Assembly: GCF_006345805.1 (NCBI RefSeq)
Contig: NC_043006.1
Location: 86,800,001-86,864,000 of the forward strand
From: Octopus sinensis
Lineage: Eukaryota
Direction of reading: 5' to 3'
Length of the DNA: 64,000 nucleotides
Both the position numbers and the translations under genes were made by a program. Of this stretch, positions 52,650 to 64,000 are shown piece by piece. The notes beneath the pieces were generated by a model. The model saw only the letters and a program-made list of their open reading frames with translations, was not told the origin of the DNA and made no database searches. Positions within the stretch are counted from its first letter, which is position 1. Every line of letters starts with the position of its first letter.

Positions 52650-54690
52650 CACTCTCCATTACCACATAAACCACTATTGCAAACAACAATGGTGACAACA
52701 CAGTTCCCTGATGCACACCAACTTTCACAGCAAAATCCTTCGACAGCTCTGATCCAATTCAAACTTTTGTCTTTAACCCCTCACCCAAACTCATCACTGC
52801 CCTCACTATTACCTTTAGTACACCTCTCTTCATCAATGCCCACTCAGTCACCTTCCTTGGAACCCTATCAAATGCCTTCTACAGATCAATGAAGCATATG
52901 TACAACCCCTTCCCCTTATCTCAGTACTCCTCCTGCAATCTCCTTACAATGAACAATGCATTTATTGTCCCCCTTCCTGGCATAAAACCAAAAAGCATCT
53001 CGTCCACATCCACCCCTTTCCAAATTCTCCTCTCCAACACCCTTTCCACTATCTTCATCGCATGCTCCAATAACATCACTCCCATATATGCCCCACAGCT
53101 CATTGCATCCCCCTTTGCCTTTCTTGTTGTCATTTCCTTCATTGCTTCCACTACTTCCTCCTGACTAACCCTCTCCACTGGCCCCTTTACCACAACAACT
53201 TCCACCCTCTGATCGCATTCATTCTCCTCATTCATAATTCCCTCCATATACTCCTTCCAAACCCTTCCCCTGTCCTTCTCACTAAAATTCAACCTTCCAT
53301 CACTCACCCTCATGCATCTTCCTCCCTCAACATCTCTTCCATCTTTTTTCATCTATTTAATAAACCTAAACACTCTATCTGGGTTCTCATCCAGCCTGCT
53401 CAACTTCTCCCCAGCTTCCTTCCTCATAGATCTCACAATCACCCTCTTTGCACGATTCTTCATACCTGACTCTCATTTGCTCAGTCCTATTATAACATAA
53501 AGCTTTGTGCACTCCCTCCTTCCTCACTATCGCATCACTCACCTCCTTGTTCCACCACTACATATCTCCTCAATCCCTCCTTCCTTTTGTCCTTCAACAC
53601 ACTTCGTCACATGCCTTTAATACCCCTTCTTTAAAAGACTTCCACAAATCCAGTGCAACTCCTGAATTCTCTCCTCAAACCATGCTTTTGTTTCTTCTTC
53701 CTTCAGTTTCCACACCTTTCTCTTCTCGACCATTCCCTTTCTCAGCCCAAGTCAGCAACCACTAACCTGTGCTGCAACTCCCCTGGTATTGTCTTCACAT
53801 CTTTCTGATACTTTTTGTTCTTCTTGCCAACCATCACAAAATCAATCTCCGTCTCATTCCCGTCTGCACTGAAAGTCACCTTCCATTTCTCTGTTTTCCT
53901 AAACCACATGTTCACCACACACAACTCTTTCTCATCACAAAACTCCAACAGCATCCTTCGTTCCACATTTCTCTCCCCATTTCTGTTTCCCCCATGCACA
54001 CCCTCAAAGCTCTGGATCCATTTCTCAACATGTCCATTAAAATCACCCAAGCCCAAAACTAATTCATCTATCTTTTGTAAGTCCCACTCATTTGCTATTT
54101 CAGCAAAGAACTGCTCTTTCTCAGTGATCCTGCTTCCATTCTGTGGATCATACCCACAAATCACCCTTACCACTTCTTCCTCAAATGCTAACACTACTGT
54201 CATCACTCTGTCTCTCTTTCTCCTGACCTCCACCACCTTCTCACAGATTTCTTCTTTCACCAAAACTCCCACACCTCCAGTCCCCTTGGTATTTCCTGAC
54301 CACCACATCTTGTACCTTCTTCCCTTGACCCACCATAAATTTTGCACCCTGGCCCCTCCACCTAGCCTCCTGCACACAGCTCACATCCACCCTTATCTTT
54401 ATCAATTCTTCACATACCTTAGTTCCCCTTCCACGCAAACTGCCCACATTCCAACTTTCCAACCCTAACCCTAACACCAAGCTTCTCGTCAGGCCTTCGG
54501 CCATCATAAGGCAAGTCATGCTTGCGCAAACTAGAATGAGGGCTTGCACCTTCCTTTTTGAGGTAGGCAGCACCCTAACCTTTGGGTTGGCTGGTGCCCA
54601 TTCTCCTTAGCTATCATGAAGCTTTTTTGGAGCTGAATTTTCTACAGAGAGCATTCCCTTGCTTACCCCCAACCTCAGTTTCTAGACATG
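52650..54690 (-). mobile_element. RTE-clade LINE with 5' region, AP endonuclease and partial RT (internally deleted)
   Basis: SWNVGSL, CVQEARW, GGVGVLV, GDFNGHV, EIDFVMV, QHRLVVAD; RT motifs LLEHAMKIVER and FGFMPGRGTINALF. Confidence 0.92.
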
Positions 54691-55109
54691 AGTGGCCTTG
54701 AGACCAAGGCTTCAAACACAATTTTTAAGAAATGTGATGGAAAACAAGCTCAGGAAGGCAGAGACACTACTTCCTGAGACCCCTTTCGGAGCCCCTCTAC
54801 CTATGTTTGATTACTATAAACAAATCGTTTGTGCAGGTCATTCAGCAAAAGCTGAACACTCATATGTCATCTTCGATGGGAGAGTCCAAAACTATTTCAG
54901 GTGGTCAGCTAGGAGAACCGTTAGCATGCTCAACAAAATGATTAGTGACTTTTTTTCTGGTTCTTTACATTCTGTGTTCTGATCCCTTTTAATCTTAAAT
55001 GATATTCATCCTTTCAAGGTTGATAAAATAAGTACCAGATGAACACTGGGGTCGATGTATTTGACTAGGACCCTTCCCCCAAATTTCAGGCCTGGTGCCT
55101 TTAGTAGAA

Positions 55110-55151
<42 letters not shown>

Positions 55152-55171
55152 TTTATCATTATTATTATTAT

Positions 55172-55315
55172 TGAGTGAGAGAGCAGTTCATGCCATCAAA
55201 GTGACACTGGGGTAAAATATACGAAGCCCAATATACCCATCATGACTACCCGTCTGATAAAGGTACACCAGGCACATGCATCACAACCATATGTGTGCGA
55301 CATGTATTATTATTA

Positions 55316-55365
<50 letters not shown>

Positions 55366-55818
55366 GAGTGAGAGAGCAGTGCATGCCATCAAAGTGACAC
55401 TGGGGTGAAATATACGAAGCCCAATATACCCATCATGACTACCCGTCTGATAAGGGTACACCAGGCACATGCATCACAACCATATGTGCGCGACATGGTG
55501 ATCTCATATCAAGATAAACTGCACATGACCTTGCAGGTGGGGCCCAGTTAGAATTTTCTTCAGGTTGAGTAACCCATCCCGCTCAAAAGGTCCCTGAATA
55601 AGGGTTGTTTAAGGATGTTGAAAGAACCACCCATGTTTCCAGAGGTGAATTATTCAAACCCCAAAGAATCCCTCTCAACACATGGCTATGATGCTCCCCC
55701 ACTACTTCTGCTCGTGATCAGAGATGCACATATCGTCAGCCACTAAGGGACATGCTCAACTGGTTAAGGTCAAACAACTGACAAGCAAATCTTTGGTATT
55801 AAGCAGAATATTTGCTGT
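55172..55818 (-). mobile_element. SINE-like element embedded in (TAA)n, with a tandem 5'-truncated second copy (55172-55305)
   Basis: gagtgagagagcagt...accatatgtg block duplicated at 55172 and 55366; TTA/TAA tracts at all three junctions. Confidence 0.8.
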
Positions 55819-55855
55819 ATTATTATTATTATTATTATTATTATCATTATTATCA

Positions 55856-55886
<31 letters not shown>

Positions 55887-55897
55887 TATCATTATTA

Positions 55898-55936
<39 letters not shown>

Positions 55937-56385
55937 GAATCAATTATTCTCAAAGGACAAAGTAAAGATACCATTGGACATTCTGTGTTCAGTAACAACC
56001 AGGGTTATCTCTGATTTTTTATTATTCTAATACTGGTATATTTACATACCTGTCATATACTGATGAAATTCAATCAAATATTTTTCTCTCCACGCATATA
56101 CAGACTTGTTACATTGATCCAATCTAAAGGACCCTCAAGATAATAAGTCTCTCCTCTTATCTTTTTTGTAATAAAAACTACTACAATCATTTATCTTTCT
56201 TTTACTGATCACATTTTCTCAGTTGGAGACAAAGACATTTCCAGCTAGGTTTTTGTTTTACTTACATTTATTTTATTTCCATATATATAGTTTTTTCTTG
56301 TATTTTTTTTTGTTTTGTTTTGTTAACGATTCCACAAAATTATCAAGTTGGACAAATAGAAATTTTTTGCTTTCATAAACAGTAA

Positions 56386-56417
<32 letters not shown>

Positions 56418-56459
56418 CATATACACACACACAGATGTATAGCTACATATACATATATG

Positions 56460-56586
<127 letters not shown>

Positions 56587-59500
56587 CTTGATATTAACAT
56601 TTTGAGTTAATATTCAGATATTGAAACTCAATGGTGATACTCAGTTTGTTTTCATTAGTAAAGATATAAATAAAAATTTGTGAGGAAATAAGAAAATTGT
56701 AAAAAGAAAATCAATTTTATAAATATGAATATGACACATTGACTATATATAGTCTAACATTATTATTTTCAATTAACTGATATACACTGACTTTAGATTG
56801 TTAATAAATATTTATTTTTCCTTTTTATTGCATTATTTTCCCTTATTGCACAAAACCATAACATATACCGTAGTTTTATTTCATGAAATCAATTTAAAAC
56901 AGTTATTTTCACACTATATTGGAACTCGATATTGAAACAGTGGTTAGAAACAATTTTGCTTTTTTAGAAAACATATATCACAAGATTTCAGTCTGGTCAG
57001 AATGATAATAGTTTTCAGTTAATATTTTGTAAAATATGATCAAAGAAATACAACTTTCACAAAACCTAGCACAGAAGTTTTGCTATCCATTCCAAAGCTT
57101 CTCTATATTACTATAGATAAATTTAATAAATTAAGTGCCTTTTCTCAGAACAAGATTTAACAAAATCCTCTAACAAGCTCAGTTGAATTTCAAATACTGT
57201 TCCTGGAATCAGACAGACTCTAATATACAGATATACAATATTCTAGCTCTGTAAGAGAAACCAATACAATTCAGTTTCAAAATGGTGGCACTTAAAAGAA
57301 TAAAAATTGATGTATTTACAAAAAATATATCAAACTCTATTTTTGTCTACCTATAAGTCATTCTCATTGTGATTTTATATGGATCCAGTTATAAACTGAT
57401 AGAAAACATCATTTACAATATAACTGTAATAAGTCTAATTTGTAAGACATTCCAGATTTAAGTGGATGTTTTTTTCATTTATTTACCTCAATGAATGGTT
57501 GGCATTTTTATTATTTATTTCCATGCTGGCAATGTGCTATTTACCTACAAATCATCAATTCAAAGTCTGCTAAGTTTACTAAACCTATGATATTTATATG
57601 TCAAGTGTTTTATTGGACTTACAAAATGAACAACCATGGTGATGATGGTAATGATGATGACAAAGACAGTAGTGGTGATGATGATGATGATGATGATGAT
57701 TAAACTTTCACATTAGAATTGTTTTAAGTATCAATTATATTGTTAGATATATTTTACAGGACTTGAAATTAAGAAGGCCATTATATGAAAGGCAAAATGT
57801 TCCCCTGGAAAAGCAGCTCTTTTATATCAGACAACTTTTGCCTTGGCAATCTGGTAACTTCTTACAAATAGCTTAGTGAATTGAAATGAAAGTGAATGAA
57901 TCAACTCTTTTACTGTGACTGTCCTTTATTCTATGACTCAAAACTAATCCATTTAAAGTGCTTTCTGTTTAAATAAAAGCCTTGTATCATAATTTTATGT
58001 AGGAACATTTTTCGTAAGTAATGTTCAAAACATCAGGTTAATAATGACAAAATTAGTTCTTTTACTTGATTCTTCATAACTTTTGATTATTTTTAGTATC
58101 AGTTGCAATTCAATAGGAATGCATTTCATGATAAATATGGTTATGAAAGAGTTCAGTGAACTTCTCAAAGACAAAACAAAACAGCTGCTCTGGGTTTCAG
58201 CTTAAAACATTTCTGCTTATAGTCAAGTGTGCTAACCAACCAGCTTTATTCACATCAGCCTTTAATTATATTTCTCATTTGCTTTCACTTCATATCATAA
58301 CATAAACAATGAGGAAGCCTCTATTGGGCTGCTCAAGTTGCTAGAAATAGCAGCCAAATCTTTTTCAAATCACATCTTGCTGCCTTAAATAGGAAAGGAC
58401 ATATTAGATGTCATTATAGATACTTCTAAACAGACAAGATGTTCATAACCAATGCTTATGATCATACAACTGTTTGACCAGAGTTAACCTGGGGCTAACT
58501 ACATGTTAATGAAATTGCATCAGCTTTCATCACTCCTCTTTGCAGCTTGAAACAATATTCTATCAAAGTCGAGATGCAACCTCCAGAATGCCGTTTTAAT
58601 GTGAATTGCAGACAAGCATAGAAACGGTTTTGTATATTTGGGGTGGAGGGATGGTTTTGGTGTTCTCTCTTAATAGTCATGGCAGTGAAAATTTGGTGTA
58701 CCTTTACACAAGTACCTAGAAGTGGCTGTTTCTACCTTGTCTCCCACTTGCTACGCTTATGAAAGCAGGAAACAACAACAACAGCAACAACAACAACAAT
58801 AATCATCATCATCATTTTACAAGTATTTTCCATGTTGGCATGGGTTGGACAGGTCATCACAGTCCAAGTTGCCTTGCACTGGGAGATAAGACTCCCATAA
58901 ACAGGTAATCGAATATGTTATTTTGGCCCTATTTCAAAAGCTAAATGCCCTTCCTATCACCAACCACTTTACAGAGTGTACTGGATGTATTTTCTCATAG
59001 CACCATTACAAAAGACATTGAATGGGTCTCTCAGGATTAAAGGGATATCATAATCCTATACATTCTCTACTCATTATCCAACCACTTTGCAGAGAGAATA
59101 GTTGGCAAGGAGCCTTGTACACACTCTTTGCTGATAAAATTGTTGATCAGAATTACCTAGTGAGGTAATGAGAGAAATTTTTCTTCTCTAAATTGATCAT
59201 TATTTATATTTCATTATGTTAATAACCATAATTAATGATCTTAATGATCTCATTCATTATAATAATAATTCTTTCCTTCTTAAACACAAGTGAAGATAAC
59301 ACAGTATATATATGTATATATATATGTGTGTGTATGTATATATGTATATATATGTGTGTGTGTGTATATATGTATATATATATACATATACAAAATGGGT
59401 GGCTTATTAGTAATTAGAACCTAAAGGCAAACTTAGTAGAGATCACAAAAATGACAGAGGGTACTGACTAGCACAGCTTTTGCTAAAGGTAAGAGTTACA

Positions 59501-60249
59501 CTAACTCAGAGCCACATACATTTCTTAGGTTCAATTATTGTTCCTCTTAAATATACACTTCTCGGGTTTAATTTTCATCCCATTCTCCACCCCTGTATCA
59601 ATGCATATGTGAACTTGTACAGCTAAATCGAAGACACATAAACATAGCTAGCTTATTACCAATACAGTTTCTACTTCTTTTAATCTCTTCCTCTCTCCTC
59701 TCTCCTCTTCCAATTGTCACCCCAAGCATCTATTCTCTCCTCTCTCTCACTCCATTCATGCTTTCATCTTAGTTTTATGTCCACAACCTCTGTCTCTTCT
59801 ACTGACTCTATTAATTACATTGCTCTTTATAAAGGAGACAATATAGAGCTATTAGGCTTTCCTTTCTTTCATAGAGTATAGGGCCTTGGTACTAGTACTG
59901 GTGCCATGATAAAACGGCCTCAGCACAATACGTCTAGTGGCTGTTGAGTGACTGGAGACAATGTAGTGTCAAGAGGAGCATTAGTTTGGACTTTCTGAGG
60001 ATGTGACAACTTCTCTAATGCTGGTGCCATGATAAAATGCACCTAGTACAATCTGTAAAGTGGTTGGAGATGAAAATGGCACCCAACCATAGAATCCAAG
60101 TCAAAATAGTATTCACATGAAACATGATGCTGTGACTTATTAAGTAGGAGAATAACTCTAAATATGAGATAGATTTACTCATGACAACTCGCTAGTCAAA
60201 CCTATGAAAACATGGAAAGCAGCATGTAAAATGATGACAATGACAATAG

Positions 60250-60550
60250 TCGTAGTGCTACCGGTGGTTGATGGTGTTTGTGGTTGTTCTTGTAGGTGAT
60301 GAAGGTTAAGAGTGGTGGTGGTGGTAGTGGAGATGTTGGTTGTGGTAGGAGTTAGAGGTGATGGTTAATGGTGGTAGTATTGATTAGTGGTGATAGGTGG
60401 TGGTGGTTAGTGATGGTAGCATGTAGTGGTAGTGCTGGTTAGTGGTGGTGGTAGGGATCAGTGTTGGTGATGGTGGTAGCGATGGTGGTGGTTAGTGGTG
60501 GTAGCGATGGTGGTGGTTGGTTAGTGGTGGTGGTGGTAGTGGTTAGTAGT
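60250..60550. repeat. Degenerate (GGT)n low-complexity tract
   Basis: Direct reading. Confidence 0.85.
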
Positions 60551-61449
60551 CGAGGTATCTTAAACTTTGGAAGACAGTTGTAGCTGACCATATTTTTTAC
60601 AGCATAATTTATATCCTCTCTAACTTTATCCATTTAACAACATTTAAATTATGTAGCAATACACAGCTCACTGCTGGGGATTGCCAGGGACCCACTATAA
60701 TCTATTATAAACACAATGAAGGAAATATTCGTTTTTTCCTTTTACCATAGGAATCTATTCTATGTTAGGAATGATGTAGTCAGTAGTACTACAATGAAAG
60801 AGATTACAATTGGTAAACATCTTCAGAGAACCAACAAATCAAACTTGAGCAAGCAGAGAATGAAATCAAGGCTTCATGAATAATGGATTATAATTATGAG
60901 ATTAATGTTCAAAGATGTTACTGTTTTTGATGATGACATTGTTTGTTGGTGTTGATGCTGTTGTTCAGCCTCCAGGTCAGCCCAGATCCAGCAGGCATAC
61001 CATCAAAGGTTTTTCTACTATGAACATTCCATCTTATAATAACCATTATATTAGTGGATTGAACAGAAACTTATTGTATATAGTACGCTGCATTACAGCT
61101 TTCAGAAAGATTCAATCATTTAATAAAAAAAGATTGATGAAATAAATGCCAAGCAAATAATGGGGTTGAAAAAATTGACTAAAATCATTCAAAGCAATGC
61201 TCCAACATGATCGCTTTCACTCACAGTTAAAATGGGAGTGAAATATAATTACAAGGTGATGTGAACAAAGCTGATTGGTTATGGTATTTGCTTATAAGCT
61301 GAAATACTTTAAGCTGAAACCCAGCACACGTGTTTTGTTGTGTTTTTTCAGAAGCTCACTTAACACTTTTGTGACCATATTTCTGACGAAACAATTTCCA
61401 CATGTTTTATTAGGTTAAAGTATTGGTGTAACATTTAAACTGTGTATAC

Positions 61450-61800
61450 AGGCATGACTTTGTGGTAAGGAGCTTGCTTCCCAACCACATGTTTCTGGAT
61501 TCAGCTCCACTGTGTGGCACCTTAGGGAAGTATCTCCTACTATAGCCTTGTATACACACACATGTATATATCTATCTGTGTGTGTCTTTGTGTCAGTGTT
61601 TATATCTCCATCACTGTTTGACAACCAGTGTTGGTGTGTTTATGTCTCTGTAACTTGGTGGTTCAGTAAAAGAGACTGATAGAAAAAGTACTAGGCTTAA
61701 GAAATAAGTTCTGCAGTTGACTTGTTTGACTAAAACCTCTTCAAGACAGTGCTCCAGCATGGCTGCAGTCAAATGACTGAAAGAATAAAATAATAAAATA
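61450..61800 (+). mobile_element. tRNA-derived SINE (internally deleted)
   Basis: Same family as 34569-35015. Confidence 0.8.
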
Positions 61801-62564
61801 TGGCACAGTACAGGCTGTTATGTTTTGTCTCAGAAAAAACTTCTCAAAGAGACTTGTATGTTTAAAACACGGTGCTTTGTTCAAAACATCAGTAGATCAT
61901 CAGACGGCATTTCAACCTGATTTTATCTCTTAAATGATAAATACCCTGGACATTCTGAATAAAGGTGAAAATACTAGTATTGGTGTTTCAATTAATGAAA
62001 ATAATAAAATACTAAATGAATTAATTTAGTAAAATATTGAATTTTGTCATTAAACTGACATTTGACCATAACTTAAGAGAAATGTCTGGGATCAATAAAC
62101 TCAGGTATTGAACCAGAAACTGTAAATTGTTCCTTTTTCTTGGCATTTTCAATAAATTAGTGTGTATTCTCTGTTTCCAGCAGTGAGCATTGCCATGTAG
62201 TCTATTTGTTGCTAAATGGACAAAGGCAGTGAAAAAGAAGTGAAAAAAGATTTTGCTGCCAAAATCATGGTCATCTACATCTGTCTTCCAAAATTTATTG
62301 TCATTATATTCATTGTTTCACATCCATTTTCTCTACTGATGTAGGATGGCCGAGTTATCATGTTCAGCATTACCTCTTATTTGGAGTTATTCTCCTTTAA
62401 TTTTTATATTCATTGCTTTCACACATTGGAATGAGAGAAACCATTAAAACAGCAAAAGATGTAACTAGATACTCAAAGAGATTTAAGCTTGAATCACTCT
62501 TAATTTCTGACACATTGTCTCATTTTAATAATTGTAACAAAGGCAACAACAAGAATATACTTAC

Positions 62565-62678
62565 AGTGTCAAAATCTGGTTCAACAGCTTTTACTCCAAT
62601 CCACTGCATAAAAGTGGCAAATCCTTCATTCAGCCAAAGATCATCCCACCATTTTAAAGTAACCAAATTTCCAAACCA
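62565..62678 (-). CDS. Internal exon (114 bp, phase 0/0) of an M1 family zinc aminopeptidase (aminopeptidase N/ERAP/ENPEP-like)
   Basis: ctctatcattacAG|WFGNLVTLKWWDDLWLNEGFATFMQWIGVKAVEPDFDT|GTaagt; carries the Glu zinc ligand of HEXXH-X18-E; HEXXH exon not seen in the window. Confidence 0.97.
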
Positions 62679-63434
62679 CTGTAATGATAGAGAAAGACAA
62701 TTTTAAAATAAAATACATATGTAAGAATAAAAAATTACTAGTTGTAGTAGTAGTGGTGGTGGTGGTGGTGGTGGTATTCATTGTCATAAATATTATCATC
62801 ATCATCAACCTCAGCACACTTCATCCAGTATCATCATCACCAACTACTGATCAGGTGGAACGCATTAACAATCCATAGAGATAATCGATCATAGATTGTA
62901 CAGATATTTGTGTTGCTGTTACAATCCAGCAGGGCAGTAGAGTGACTTGGCAGAATTGTTAGAGCATCCGAGAAAATGCCAGTTGTTTACAACATATTCA
63001 AATGGCTTTGCATTTCTCTGGAGTCAATAAATTGCTGCCTTAGTGTCTTAATCAGGAACAATTGAAATTCACCAGAGAAATAACCCTCACATCCTATGAA
63101 ACTGTTTTGGTAACCAGGAACAATGATGATTTATAGAGTGCCTTGAGAATTCGATGATCATACAGAGTGTGGACACTTTCAGAAGACTTTTGGTTTGAGT
63201 ATTATGGTAAACTTTGATAAATCTTTCAACTGATAGTTATCAAGAAATGGGAGGCATCATGTTACGTGTCCTACTAATGCTTATGATTTAAACAGCAGAG
63301 CATACTAGAGACGTCTTAGTAAAAGCTGAAGTTTTCTCTATGCACTTTTGATATGGTTTTATATTTAAATACAAATATCATATGCTATATCTATAAAATT
63401 TATATTATATTGCACACACACACACACATATATA

Positions 63435-63665
63435 TTTCTTTATTGCCCACAAGGGACTAAACATAGAGGGGACAAACAAGGACAGACAAAGGGATTAAGT
63501 CGATTAGATCGACCCCAGTGCGTAACTGGGACTTAATTTATCGACCCCGAAAGGATGAAAGGCAAAGACGACCTCGGTGGAATTTGAACTCAGAAAGTAA
63601 CAGCAGACGAAATACCGCTAAGCATTTCTCCCGGCGCACTAACGTTTCTGCCAGCTTGCCGCCTA
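63435..63665 (-). mobile_element. SINE
   Basis: Reverse complement of the 42462-42690 family. Confidence 0.85.
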
Positions 63666-64000
63666 CATTTATATATTCAGTAAACTAAGCCTGAAAGAGA
63701 TGGATTTCTGTTAAAGGACTCCAAAACTTGAAGTTGCATGGAGCCAAATCAAACGTTTGTTTTTATGTTGAATTATAATACAAACAATAGGCAGAAACAT
63801 TGAAGTTCCCACCACCTTCAATACTATTCCTGTTAAAAGATCATATTTATATGTATATATTCAATATAAATTCAATTCATTTTGGTTTGATCCAAGTGTG
63901 TGGTATTGATAAGCCACAATAATGGTGAAATATCAGTGTCTATCATTCTTGGATTCAATCCAGGGCGAATTGTCTTGCTTAGTCTATGACATTACATTCA

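Overview
AT-rich eukaryotic genomic DNA packed with microsatellites and retroposons. The SINE, RTE and Penelope repertoire and the (TA)n/(CA)n/(TAA)n density suggest an octopus or other coleoid cephalopod (inference). Nearly all ORFs in the supplied track are microsatellite or transposon artefacts. The only host coding sequence I can support is two minus-strand exons of an M1 zinc aminopeptidase (62565-62678 and 46418-46552), separated by a 16 kb intron. The rest is decayed mobile DNA: RTE LINEs, a Ty3/Gypsy element lacking RT, a hAT transposon, an R4/Dong-type element in (TAA)n, Penelope-like elements (PLEs), SINEs and MITEs. The most notable signal is a set of sequence-distinct, non-coding elements carrying type I hammerhead ribozyme (HHR) folds with palindromic stem III, mostly sitting in or beside (TA)n tracts. 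These are a 402-bp tandem array with one HHR per unit (7563-8530), a 352-bp unit with a canonical HHR (6137-6529), two fold-back elements whose inversion points fall at the ribozyme (10090-10329, 14770-15240), and a variant-core minimal HHR family traceable to a GIY-YIG PLE remnant. Together they look like a retrozyme/PLE-satellite system. Folds were read by eye and activity is untested. Repeat boundaries are approximate unless exact motifs are quoted.
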